A stretch of DNA of 64,000 nt. Source: Myxococcales bacterium. GTDB lineage: Bacteria; Myxococcota_A; Polyangia; Polyangiales; JADJMO01. Location: contig JADJMO010000001.1 of NCBI GenBank assembly GCA_016709545.1, forward strand, positions 68,372 through 132,371. The letters run 5' to 3'. Below the pieces are notes generated by a model that saw only the letters and a program-made list of their open reading frames with translations, did not search any database and had not been told where the DNA came from. Shown piece by piece: positions 37,112 through 47,191 of this stretch (position 1 is the first letter of the stretch; each line of letters starts with the position of its first letter). The position numbers and the translations under genes were made by a program.

Positions 37112-39646
37112 GTGCAGGCCCTCGGTCGTTACCGGCTCGTCGCGGAGATCGGGCGGGGCGGCATGGCCGAGGTGTTCCTCGCCGTGGCGCAGGGCACCGC
37201 CGGCTTCCAGAAGCTGCTGGTGGTCAAGGCGCTCGCGGAGGGCTCCGAGGACGAACCCGAGCACCTGACGATGTTCCTCGACGAGGCGCGGCTCGCGGCG
37301 CGCATGCACCACCCGCACATCGTGGCCACCCACGAGGTGGGGGAGGACCGGGGGCGCCACTTCCTCGTGATGGAGTGGCTCGACGGGCAGCCGCTGCACA
37401 AGGTGCTCGCGCGCATGCCAGAGGGTGCGCTGCCTCTCCCGCACCGCGTCCGCATCCTGTGCGACACGCTCTCCGCCCTGCACTACGCGCACGAGCTCAC
37501 CGACTTCGACGGCACGCCGCTCGGCATCGTCCACCGCGACGTCAGCCCCCAGAACGTGGTCGTGACCTTCGACGGCACGGTGAAGCTGGTCGACTTCGGC
37601 ATCGCCAAGGCCTCCCTCTCGTCGACGGAGACGCAGGTCGGGATCCTCAAGGGCAAGGTGGCCTACATGGCACCCGAGCAGGCCCGCGGGGAGCGGGTGG
37701 ACCGGCGCGCGGACGTGTTCGCGGTCGGGATGATGCTCTGGGAGGTGCTCGTCGGTCGGCGCATGTGGAAGGGCAAGACCGATCGCGAGATCCTCGAGCA
37801 CGTGTTCCGCGGCGAGATGCCCTCCGTCGAGGAGGCGCGCCCGGACGCCCCGCCGGGACTCGCGAGCATCTGCGCGCGGGCTCTCGCGCTCGACCCGGTA
37901 GACCGCTACCCGACCGCGGCCGCCATGCAGCGGGACCTCGAGAAGGTCCTGCGCGCGCTCGGCCCCTTGCCGGCTTCCGACCTCGGCGACCGGATGCAGG
38001 AGACGTTCGCCGAGATGCGGGCGCGCACGCGCACGGTCATCGAGGAGCGTCTGCGGGGGCTGTCGCCGGACGCGAGCACCTCGATGGTCGCGCCGCTCTC
38101 GCTCCCCAGCACCGCGACCGAGTCGCTCACCTCGGAGGAGGTCACCCGGCCGTCGGTGCCGCGGGCGCTCCGCAACACGGGCCGCACCGGCATCGCCCAG
38201 ATGCTCGAGCCCGTCCCGACACCCAAGCGGCGGCGTCCCGTGTGGCCCTGGGCGGTGGCCGCCGGGCTGTTCGTGCTCGCCCTCCCCACGGGCTGGTACG
38301 CGACGCGCACCCCGCCGACCGTCGCTGGCGCGGTCGAGCGTCCCGTGGCCGCGCTCGGCTCGGCGACGCCGAACACCCCTGCACCGACCACGGCGCCGAC
38401 GGCGACTCCCTCCGGTGCCTGCGGCGCCAAGAACAAGCCGCTCGTCGAGATCAACGGCGACATCGACGGCGACTTCACCCTGTCGTGCGCGAACGACTAC
38501 CTCCTCAAGTTCCTCGTGTTCGTGAAGCCAGGCGCCACGCTCACCATCGAGCCCGGCACGGTGATCCACGGCGACCCCGCCACCAAGGCCACGCTCGTGG
38601 TCCAGCCCGGCGGCAAGATCGTCGCGCGCGGGAAGAAGAACGAGCCCATCGTGTTCACGAGCGCGAAGGCGCCGAGCGAGCGTCGCCCCGGGGACTGGGG
38701 CGGCGTCATCCTGCTCGGCCGCGCGCCGCTCAACCTGCGGGACGAGAAGGGCAAGCCGCAGAAGGGCCGCATCGAGGGCATCACCCAGGGCGGCCTCTAC
38801 GGCGGCGACGACCCCGACGACGACAGCGGCGTGCTCGAGTACGTGCGCATCGAGTACAGCGGCGTGGTGCTCGGCCCGAACAACGAGATCAACGGCCTCA
38901 CCCTCGGCGCCGTCGGGCGCAAGACCGTGCTCGACCACATCCTCGTGCGCCAGACCGCGGACGACTGCTTCGAGTTCTTCGGCGGCACCGTCGACGGCAA
39001 GCACCTGGTCTGCCAGTACGGCGGCGACGATGGCTTCGACTGGGACTATGGCTACCGCGGGCGCCTCCAGTTCCTGTTCCTGCAGCAAGACCCGAGCGTG
39101 GTCGACGACACCAACGGGTTCGAGGGCGACAACGACCCGGCCGGCAGCGCCAACGAGCCGCGCAGCGAGCCCACGATCTGGAACGCCACGCTCTGCGGGA
39201 TGAACAAGGACGCGTCCAAGGAGCAGTACGGGATGCTGTTCCGCAGGGGAACTCGCGGTCACGTCTGGAACACGATCGTCACCGGCTTCGAGGCCGGGCT
39301 CGACGTCCGCGACAAGTCGACGAGGGTCGAGGTGCGGAGCTCGATCTTCTTCAAGAACCCGATCGCCCACGTGGAGAAGCCCGGCCCGTTCGACGACGAC
39401 GACGGGTTCGACGAGGTCGCCTTCGTGCTCGAACCTTCACGAAAGAACCTGGTCATGGACCCGAAGATTCCTGGTTGTTTCGACCCGACGCACCCGCGCC
39501 CGGCACCGCTCGTGAGCATTACTGCCAATGCTGCCACGCCTCCTGCCGACGGCTTCTTCGACCCGAAGGCCGCGTACGTCAGCGCCTTCCGCGACGAGAA
39601 GGACGACTGGGCCACGGGCGAGTGGATCGCCTGGGGATCGCGCTGA
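37112..39646 (+). CDS. Hanks-type Ser/Thr protein kinase with one TM helix and a large extracellular beta-helix-like domain
   Basis: GTG start 1 nt after the upstream stop. Kinase motifs are GRGGMAEVF, VVK, HRDVSPQNV, DFG and APE. The TM helix is WAVAAGLFVLALP. The approximately 430 aa C-terminal domain has GDWGGVILLG...DDCFEFFGG...DDGFDWDYGYRGRLQFL. Confidence 0.85.
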   Translation: MQALGRYRLVAEIGRGGMAEVFLAVAQGTAGFQKLLVVKALAEGSEDEPEHLTMFLDEARLAARMHHPHIVATHEVGEDRGRHFLVMEWLDGQPLHKVLARMPEGALPLPHRVRILCDTLSALHYAHELTDFDGTPLGIVHRDVSPQNVVVTFDGTVKLVDFGIAKASLSSTETQVGILKGKVAYMAPEQARGERVDRRADVFAVGMMLWEVLVGRRMWKGKTDREILEHVFRGEMPSVEEARPDAPPGLASICARALALDPVDRYPTAAAMQRDLEKVLRALGPLPASDLGDRMQETFAEMRARTRTVIEERLRGLSPDASTSMVAPLSLPSTATESLTSEEVTRPSVPRALRNTGRTGIAQMLEPVPTPKRRRPVWPWAVAAGLFVLALPTGWYATRTPPTVAGAVERPVAALGSATPNTPAPTTAPTATPSGACGAKNKPLVEINGDIDGDFTLSCANDYLLKFLVFVKPGATLTIEPGTVIHGDPATKATLVVQPGGKIVARGKKNEPIVFTSAKAPSERRPGDWGGVILLGRAPLNLRDEKGKPQKGRIEGITQGGLYGGDDPDDDSGVLEYVRIEYSGVVLGPNNEINGLTLGAVGRKTVLDHILVRQTADDCFEFFGGTVDGKHLVCQYGGDDGFDWDYGYRGRLQFLFLQQDPSVVDDTNGFEGDNDPAGSANEPRSEPTIWNATLCGMNKDASKEQYGMLFRRGTRGHVWNTIVTGFEAGLDVRDKSTRVEVRSSIFFKNPIAHVEKPGPFDDDDGFDEVAFVLEPSRKNLVMDPKIPGCFDPTHPRPAPLVSITANAATPPADGFFDPKAAYVSAFRDEKDDWATGEWIAWGSR

Positions 39647-39729
39647 CGGACGAAGTAGCGACTTCTTCGCGGCGACGAGACGTGGGTGTCACCTCGGTCG
39701 TTCATCCTTGCGCCCAATACTGACAAGCC

Positions 39730-39735
39730 AGGAGG
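39730..39735 (+). promoter_or_regulatory. Shine-Dalgarno AGGAGG for the GNAT gene
   Basis: ccaggaggacgaagaccATG. Confidence 0.5.
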
Positions 39736-39744
39736 ACGAAGACC

Positions 39745-40383
39745 ATGTCCAAAGCCATCGTGCGCCCCCTCGAATCCCGTGACTTCGAGGCCCTCATGCG
39801 CCTCGAAGAGGACGTGTTCGCCGCGACCGGCGAGAGCACCCTCGGGCCCTACTACATCCGCCTCTGTTGCGAGTTCTTCGCCGAGTCGTGCTTCCTCGCC
39901 GAGGTCGACGGCGAGCCCGTCGGCTACCTGCTCTCGTTCGTGAACCGCGGCGAGGCCTACTGCACGACCCTCGCCGTGATCCCGCGCTTCCAGCGCTCGC
40001 GGGTGACCCTCGAGCTGCTCCGCGCCTTCATGCGCCGCATCGTCGACCACGTCGACGTGTGCTGGTTCACGGTCACCGAGGACAACGTCGCGGCCCGCTC
40101 GCTGCACGCCATGCTGGGCGCCCGCGAGACCGAGGTGCGCTCGGAGTTCTACGGCAAGGGCGACAAGCGCATCGTGTCCCGCATCGATCGCGCCACCTTC
40201 GAGGCCCTGCGGCCGAAGTACGAGCGGCTCGGCCTGGTCGAGCGCCGGGTCGAGGCGCCGGTCAGCGGCGAGCACCTCCGCGCGAGCCTGAGCGAGGTCG
40301 CGTCACCGTCGACGCCACGTTCTCGTTCGCGCGCAAGGTGCCCGGCGCCGACGGTTACCGCTGGCAGGACCTGCGGGGGATGA
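39745..40383 (+). CDS. GNAT family N-acetyltransferase
   Basis: ORF 212 aa with a strong RBS. It has a GNAT-like core (IRLCCEFF...AEVDGEPVGYLLSF...TTLAVIPRFQRS). The C-terminal tail is low-complexity. Confidence 0.65.
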   Translation: MSKAIVRPLESRDFEALMRLEEDVFAATGESTLGPYYIRLCCEFFAESCFLAEVDGEPVGYLLSFVNRGEAYCTTLAVIPRFQRSRVTLELLRAFMRRIVDHVDVCWFTVTEDNVAARSLHAMLGARETEVRSEFYGKGDKRIVSRIDRATFEALRPKYERLGLVERRVEAPVSGEHLRASLSEVASPSTPRSRSRARCPAPTVTAGRTCGG

Positions 40384-40761
40384 AGGACGCGCCGATGCGC
40401 GGCCACGCCGATCCCGAGATCCTCACCTGGCTCCGCCGCCTCGGCGCGGGCGACGAGCTCGGGGGCAACGACGAGCTCGCGGCGCGGTTCTTCCCGGGCG
40501 GCGTCCTCGCCGAGGCCGAGGTGCGGCGCGCGGCCAAGGGAGGTGACCGCGATCTCGCGTGGCTCCTCGCGCCCTCGCGCGCCCGCGCGCTCGCGCTCGA
40601 CAAGGCCTACCTGCGGCTCGTGCGCGCGCAGCGGTTCGAGCTCGGGCGTGACGCCCTGCTCGGGGCCCCCCCGCCTGCTCGCGCGCATCGAGAACGAGGA
40701 GACCGGCCTCGTCGCGGCCAAGGCCGTGCACCTCGACGCGCGACTGCCGCTCGACTGGTAG
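40380..40761 (+). CDS. Hypothetical small protein with an apparent frameshift in a C7 run at 40666-40672
   Basis: ATGA overlap with the GNAT stop. It reads MKDAPMRGHADPEILTWLRRLGAGDELGGNDELAARFFPGGVL...LLGAPP then, in another frame, PRLLARIENEETGLVAAKAVHLDARLPLDW*. The start is uncertain because the frame is open upstream. Confidence 0.3.
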
Positions 40762-40762
40762 G

Positions 40763-42868
40763 TCACTCCACGGCGCAGAAGCGCACCGAGCAACCGTCGA
40801 CCAGGAGCCCCGTCGCGGGCTCGAGCAGCGTGCCGTCGAGCAGGTCGCGGACGTGGTGGATCCCCTCGGCCTGCACGACCACGCGCTGGCGCTTCGGGCT
40901 CGGGTTGATCACGAACAACACGCGGGGAGAGCCGCCCGCGTCGTGGTGCACCGTGGCGCCGCACGGGCTCTCGGCGACGTGGACGCGCGGCACGTCTCCG
41001 ATGAGATCGCGGACGTGGTGCCGGACCACGGCGACGTCGAGCGCGTCGTCGCCGACGAGCACCGGCACGTCGGGCAGGCCGCGGCGGGTCTTCGGCGAGA
41101 GCGGCAAGAAGTGGTCGTCGCGTCGCGGTGGCGCGGGCGCGAACGACACGTGGGCGCCCGCCGCGAGCGAGCCGTGCAGCGCGGAGACGAGCTCGGCGCC
41201 GACGCCGCACGAGGTCGGCACGAGGATCCAGCGCGCGCCCTTCAGCGAGGCCACCGGGTCTCCGCCGTCGGCGAGCGCCCAGGGAATGCCCTCTTCCTCG
41301 AGCGCGCGCTCGGCCGTGACGAGGATGCGCGCGGTGCGGAACGGCGGCGCCTCCAGGTGGCCCTCGCCGAAGTCGACGTCGTCCTCCACCACCGTCTCGC
41401 GCACGCCGCCGCCGAGCATGCGGAAGAGGGTCTGCGAGGCGGGCCCGAAGGCGTGCATGATGCGCGCGAGGCGCCGCATGCCGCGGGGCGCGATCAGGCG
41501 CGCAGGCGCGTGGCGCACGAGCTCGGGGAAGCGCACCCGGTCCATGGCGGCGGAGAGGTCCGCGAAGAACGAGGCGAACGGGCGCACGTGGCCGTGACGG
41601 TCGACGGGCGCGCCGAGCCAGCGATCGCGGTCGACCGCCATGTAGAGGTTGAAGCCGCGCAGGCCGTAGGCGAGGGCCGTGAGCAGCGTGAAGCGCGCGT
41701 CGCGCTCGTCGAGCGGCGGGACGTAGGGCGGGGCGCCCGCGCCCATCTCGGCGCCGAACGCGGGCACGCCGAGGCCGTCGCTCGTCGCCGCGAGCTCGGT
41801 CGTGCGCCGCAGGATGGCGCGGTGGTCGCCGGCCTGGTGGTAGTAGTCGAGCGCGACGAGATCGATGCCGCCCTCGAGGCGGATGCGCGCGGGGTGGAGC
41901 GGCGTGGCCGACTCCGCGGGCGGCAGGTTGTGGAACGTGGGGACGGTGAGCCCGCCCTCGACGAGTGCGCGGCGCATGCGCGAGAACGCGCGCGCCAGCA
42001 TGGACTCCTGCGCGGCCACCCAGTCGAGGTGGCGCGGGAGATCGTCGGCGTCGCGCGCGTCGTAGCGCACGGGCGGCAGCGCGTCGTCGAACCCGACCTG
42101 CGGCGTGCCGTGGGCGCGGGCGAGCGCCTCTCGGTTCTTGTAGCGCGCGCGCAGGAGCTCCCGGTACTGGGTGATGGCGTCGGGGTGGTAGTCCTGGTCG
42201 TAGGCGCCGTCGCGGAAGTACATCGCGCCTTCGTTGTCGATCTGCGCGAGCACGATCGGGCCCTCGGGCCAGACGAGGGGCTCGAGCTGCGCGGCGACCT
42301 CGGCGAGCCACGTCTCTGCCTCGCGCAGGAACGCCTCGCTCGCGTACGACGGCACCGGGAACGCGCGCGGTGCTACCGGCAGGAGCACGGGGTTGCCGCG
42401 CGGGCTCCGCGCCTGGCAGTCGGGCGACCACACGATGCGCTCGGGGAGGCCGAAGTCGGTGAGCTCGGCGTTGATGTGTGGACCGGGCCGCACGATGGCG
42501 TGCAGGCCGAGCGCCTGCGCCTCGCGCAGGAACGCGCGCACGTCGTGGCGACCCTCCCAGTGGTAGCGCGGCGGCTCGCCCTCGCCGCCCGACTCGTGCA
42601 CCTGCCACGGGATGTAGGTCTCGACGAAGCGGAACCCCATCGAGACGAGCGACTGCAGCGCGGGGCGCCACGCGGAAGGCTCGAGGCGGAAGTAGTGCAC
42701 GGCCCCGGCGCGCAGCGGCAGGGTCTCGGGCTCGCCCTCGCGCGGGTGCAAGCGGATGCCCTCGCGACACAGCTCGATGCGCGGGCGGACCGGCAGCTTC
42801 TCCACGGCGACCTTGGCAAGCTTCTTGGTCGCTTTGCGCGCGCGGCTCGGAGTCTTGGGCTTCACCAT
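40763..42868 (-). CDS. Glycoside hydrolase family 35-like beta-galactosidase
   Basis: ORF 701 aa. It has FVETYIPWQVHE...HAIVRPGPHINAELTDFGLPERIV (GH35-like catalytic region) and a Lys-rich N-terminus. Confidence 0.65.
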   Translation of the reverse strand: MVKPKTPSRARKATKKLAKVAVEKLPVRPRIELCREGIRLHPREGEPETLPLRAGAVHYFRLEPSAWRPALQSLVSMGFRFVETYIPWQVHESGGEGEPPRYHWEGRHDVRAFLREAQALGLHAIVRPGPHINAELTDFGLPERIVWSPDCQARSPRGNPVLLPVAPRAFPVPSYASEAFLREAETWLAEVAAQLEPLVWPEGPIVLAQIDNEGAMYFRDGAYDQDYHPDAITQYRELLRARYKNREALARAHGTPQVGFDDALPPVRYDARDADDLPRHLDWVAAQESMLARAFSRMRRALVEGGLTVPTFHNLPPAESATPLHPARIRLEGGIDLVALDYYHQAGDHRAILRRTTELAATSDGLGVPAFGAEMGAGAPPYVPPLDERDARFTLLTALAYGLRGFNLYMAVDRDRWLGAPVDRHGHVRPFASFFADLSAAMDRVRFPELVRHAPARLIAPRGMRRLARIMHAFGPASQTLFRMLGGGVRETVVEDDVDFGEGHLEAPPFRTARILVTAERALEEEGIPWALADGGDPVASLKGARWILVPTSCGVGAELVSALHGSLAAGAHVSFAPAPPRRDDHFLPLSPKTRRGLPDVPVLVGDDALDVAVVRHHVRDLIGDVPRVHVAESPCGATVHHDAGGSPRVLFVINPSPKRQRVVVQAEGIHHVRDLLDGTLLEPATGLLVDGCSVRFCAVE

Positions 42869-42918
42869 CGGCGGGCCGAGGCTACCCCGAAGGACCGCGA
42901 TCGGCTACGCAGGCCACC

Positions 42919-43335
<417 letters not shown>

Positions 43336-43346
43336 GCTGGGCGGTC

Positions 43347-44072
43347 ATGACCGAGCCGTACGTCCTCCACCTCGAGGGTCCGGGCAAGAACGCGCTGTCG
43401 TCGAAGCTCATGGAGCGGATCCTCGCGGGCCTCGACGAGGCTGGAGGCCGCCCCGTGCTGGTCGTCGGCGCGGGCGACGCGTTCTCGGCGGGGCTCGACC
43501 TGCGTGAGGTCGCGAGCCTCGATGCGCCCCGCATGCGCACGTTCCTCGGGCTGCTCGAGCGGTGCATGACGGCGCTGTACCTGTATCCCGGGCCGACCGT
43601 CGCCGCGCTGAACGGGCACGCGATCGCCGGCGGGTGCGTGGTCACGCTGTGCTGCGACCACCGGCTGGTGCTCGATGCGCCGCGGTTGCGCGTCGGCCTG
43701 AACGAGGTCGCCCTCGGCGTGCGGTTCCCGCCCCGGATCATGGCCATCGTCAAGCAGCGCGTCCCGCTGCGCCACCTCTCCGAGGTGGTGCTCGGCGCCG
43801 GGCTGTTCGCGCCCGTCGAGGCCGTGCGGCTCGGGCTCGTCGACGAGGTGGTGCCCGCGGTCGAGGGCGGCGTCGAGGCGATGGCGCGTAAGCGGCTCGA
43901 GGCCCTCGCGCGTCACCCCGCGAAGGGCTACGCGCTCGCCAAGCTCGACCTGCGCGGGACGGCGGAGTCGCTGTGCCCGAGCGAGGTGCACGGGCCGGCC
44001 CTCACGGAGGCGTGCGCGCTGTGGACGAGCGCCGAGGTGAAGGAGCGCCTCGCCGCGGTGCTCGCGCGCTGA
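43347..44072 (+). CDS. Enoyl-CoA hydratase/isomerase (crotonase) family protein
   Basis: MTEPYVLHLEGPGKNALS...VVGAGDAFSAGLDL...ALNGHAIAGGCVVTLCCDHRL. Confidence 0.8.
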   Translation: MTEPYVLHLEGPGKNALSSKLMERILAGLDEAGGRPVLVVGAGDAFSAGLDLREVASLDAPRMRTFLGLLERCMTALYLYPGPTVAALNGHAIAGGCVVTLCCDHRLVLDAPRLRVGLNEVALGVRFPPRIMAIVKQRVPLRHLSEVVLGAGLFAPVEAVRLGLVDEVVPAVEGGVEAMARKRLEALARHPAKGYALAKLDLRGTAESLCPSEVHGPALTEACALWTSAEVKERLAAVLAR

Positions 44073-44398
44073 AATCGCGCATCGATGTGACGGGAAGGTG
44101 TCGACTGCGTAGTTCGCGGGAACGGCCCGCACAGGAACCACGTGCAGCTCGCCTCGAGACCGATGCGGACGACCTCGATGGCGAGGAGCCACGGGAGCAC
44201 GGGGAGGCCCCGCCGCAGCAACTGGAGCAGGGGTACGAGGCCGACGGCGCGCACGAGGGCGACCACGGCCAGGACACCCGCGACGGCGAAGACCAGGTGG
44301 AGGAGACGGCGCGCGCGCGACGACATGCGCGCCTGTCTAGTGCTCGAAGGGGGCCCTGCCGCGACGCTCCTGCAACGTTGCGGGGGCACCCAGAGCTG

Positions 44399-45743
44399 TC
44401 ACGGGCTCGGCGCGAGGGCGACGCCCTTGAAGACCGTGTTGGTCGCTGCGGTGGCCACCGTGCTGCCGGTCGCGATCGCGGTCGTGCTGGCGATCGGATC
44501 GCGGAGCGCGACGATCCTGGGCGGCGTCTCGCCGGTGGTGACCACCGCGACGAGGTCCGCGCCGTCTACCCACGCGGCGAGGCCGACGCAGCCGGTGGCC
44601 GAGGCGAGGTGGGTGGCCTTGAGGGTCCAGGTGGTGCTCTCGAGCCGCCACTTCTCGAGCCCCTTGGCGCTGTCGCAGAGCAGGATCGTGTCGATGCCCG
44701 CGGTCGCGTCAGTGTCGAACGCCGCGACGCCGTAAGGCGAGGCGCCGGTGACGGGGCCGTTGACCTTGGTGAACGGGGTGGTCGGCGTGGTGGTCGGGAA
44801 GCCGGTGCCCACCTGCACGAGCCCGGGGGCGATGCCGCTCAAGCCGGCCGAGCCCGAGCCCGACGTCACATAGAGCTGCCCGCCGAACCCGCCCAGCCAG
44901 CGCACGTTGCCGACGGCCAGCGAGGTGACCGTGGTGCCGACGTTGTAGGTGACGCCCTTGTCCTCGGCGGAGATCCAGAACTGGCCGCCGTCCGTGGTGT
45001 AGGCGCTGCGGATCGACTTGCCGGCGTCGTTCGCGCCGGCGCCGAGGTCGCTGACGACGAACGTGCCCGCCGCGTTCAGCGTCACGCCCACGCGCTTGGT
45101 GGCCGAGGCCGCGGTGTCAGGAATGGCAGCAACGCCGGGGGCGGCGCGATAGGCCGCGAAGCTGACCAGCTTGCCGTTCCCCGACGACGTGAGGCTGCCG
45201 ATGCTGGAGCTGATGGGGAGGCTCACGTTGTCGGTGCCGGTGACGGGCGCCGCGACGACCGTGCCCGCGGTCCCGGTGGGCGCAGCGGTGTAGTCGATGG
45301 TGAAGGGAGCCAGGAAGATCGGCGCCGAGGTGCCGGTCGCGACGGCTGTGCCGTCGCCCACCCGCAGAGCCCACACGGTCTTGGTCTTGGTGGTCGCGGA
45401 GTCGCCGCCCGACTCCGAGGTCGAGTCCGTGCTGCTGGAGTCGGTCGCGGTCGAGTCGGTCGCGGTCGAGTCGGTCTTCGAGTCGGTTGCGGTCGAGTCG
45501 GTGGCGGTCGAGTCGGTCGCGCTCGAGTCGGTCGCCGTGCTGTCGACGACCGTCGAGTCGGTCGTCGTCGGTGTCCGTGCCGGTGTCCGTGCCGGTGTCC
45601 GTGCCGGAATCCGTGGCCACACCCGTGTCCCCGCTGCCCGTGTCGGGGCTGCCCGTGTCTTCGAGGGTGGTGCCCTCTTCTTCGGAGCAACCGACGAAGG
45701 CGAACGAGGAGACGACCAGGAGGAGGGAGGACAGCTTGCGCAT
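44399..45743 (-). CDS. Secreted lipoprotein with an N-terminal Thr/Asp/Ser tandem-repeat region; apparent frameshift near 45552
   Basis: Signal MRKLSSLLLVVSSFAFVGC (track ORF 45117..45743), then (TDTG)n. The frame then changes to ORF 44399..45622 (DSTATDS)n followed by a beta-rich globular domain. Confidence 0.55.
45415..45600. repeat. Coding tandem repeats (about 18 nt units tcgagtcggtcgcggtcgag, then gtgtccgtgccg x3) inside the lipoprotein gene
   Basis: Direct repeats are visible on the + strand from 45421 to 45596. Confidence 0.6.
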
Positions 45744-45913
45744 GCCGCCGCTCTAGCGCGGCTCCAGCCTCCCGGGGAGAGACCCCCACGATTTCACCTC
45801 CTCGTCGCCTTCGCCTGACCTTCGGACGAACGGCGCGTTTCGAAACGGCAACGTTTCGGTGAAGTGCGGCGGCCTGGCGCAGAGAGCCGCCGGGATTCGG
45901 CTACACCGCGCCG

Positions 45914-47180
45914 ATGCCGCGACGGTTGCGTCTACTCCCCCTGCTGCTGGTCGCGGCGTGCGGAGAGGGCCCGTCGGCGCGAGAGAGCGTCTTCGTGAAC
46001 GCGATGGTGCGCGCCGACCTCCCGCTCCTGCGCTCACGCCCGCAGCTCGTGGCCGGCAAGTACCGGCAGATGAAGACCGCGCTGTTCCAGTTCCACCGCG
46101 GGGTGCTGCCGGTCTACCTGACCGACGCGCGCGACGCGGCGTTGCCAATCGGTCGCTCGCGGTTCGCGCTCGATCTGCCGCTCGTCGTCGGCATGGGCGA
46201 TCCCCACCCCGAGAACGTGGGCGTGCTCTTCGACCGCAACGGCGTCCCGCGCATCGAGCCGAACGATCTCGACGGGGTCGAGCTCGTGCCCTACCTGCGT
46301 GATCTGCGGCGCCTCCTGGTCGGGGTGGCCATCGCCTCGGTGTCGACCAACGCGGCCGATCCGGTCCGGGCCGCCGAGGTGGCGGCGCGCACCAGAGACA
46401 TCATCAAGGCCTGTGCCGAGGGCTATCGCACCGCCATCTTCGAGTACGCGGGCGGCGCGGCCCCCGAGGTGATCGACACCGGCAAGGGCGTCCCGAACCT
46501 CGAAGATCTCTTCAAGCGCGGGAAGAAGGACTACGCGTCGCGCGACGAGCTCGCGGGGCTCACCGTGCTCGAGGGCACGACGCGTCGGCTGAAGGACGCG
46601 GAGCTCGGTGAGGTCATCGATCCGACGGAGCCCGCGAGCGCGCTGCGCACCCTCCCGAAGGTGGCGCTGGAGGCGTTGCCCGACACGCTGGAGCGCTACC
46701 GCCGCGGGCTCACCGACCCGCCGCCGCCCGAGTTCTTCCGGGTGCTCGACGCCAAGCGCGAGCTCGGCTCCGGCGTCGCGTCGTGGCCGCGCATCCGTGT
46801 CCTCGTGCTCGTGCGCGGGCCCACCGACGCTCCCGGGGACGACGTCGTCCTCGAGCTCAAGGAGCTCGCCGACGCCAGCACCTCGACCACCACCTGGCCG
46901 ACCCAGCACTTCCGCAGCGTCGAGGCGCGGATCGAGTTCGCCAAGCTCAAGGTGTGGTCCGTACCGGCGGCCGACGGCCTGTGGGGCACCTCGCGCTGGC
47001 TCGGGCTCCCCGTGCAGATCCGGACCGAGTCGGAGGGCAACAAGACCCTGCGCGTCGCGCGCATGACCGGCACCAATGGCACGGTCGACGCGATGCTCGC
47101 CACCGCCCGGTTCCTCGGCCGCATGCTGGCGCGCACGCACGCGAGTCCAGCAGGGGAGCTCCCCCCCTCCTGGCCCCTGA
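45914..47180 (+). CDS. DUF2252 family lipoprotein; the stop is apparently lost through a C7 homopolymer indel at 47161-47167, giving read-through into the next gene
   Basis: Lipobox LLVAAC and the GDPHPENVG motif typical of DUF2252. The track shows a 771 aa fusion. Removing one C gives ...AGELPPPGP* ending at about 47180. Confidence 0.55.
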
Positions 47181-47191
47181 TCGGAGCACCC

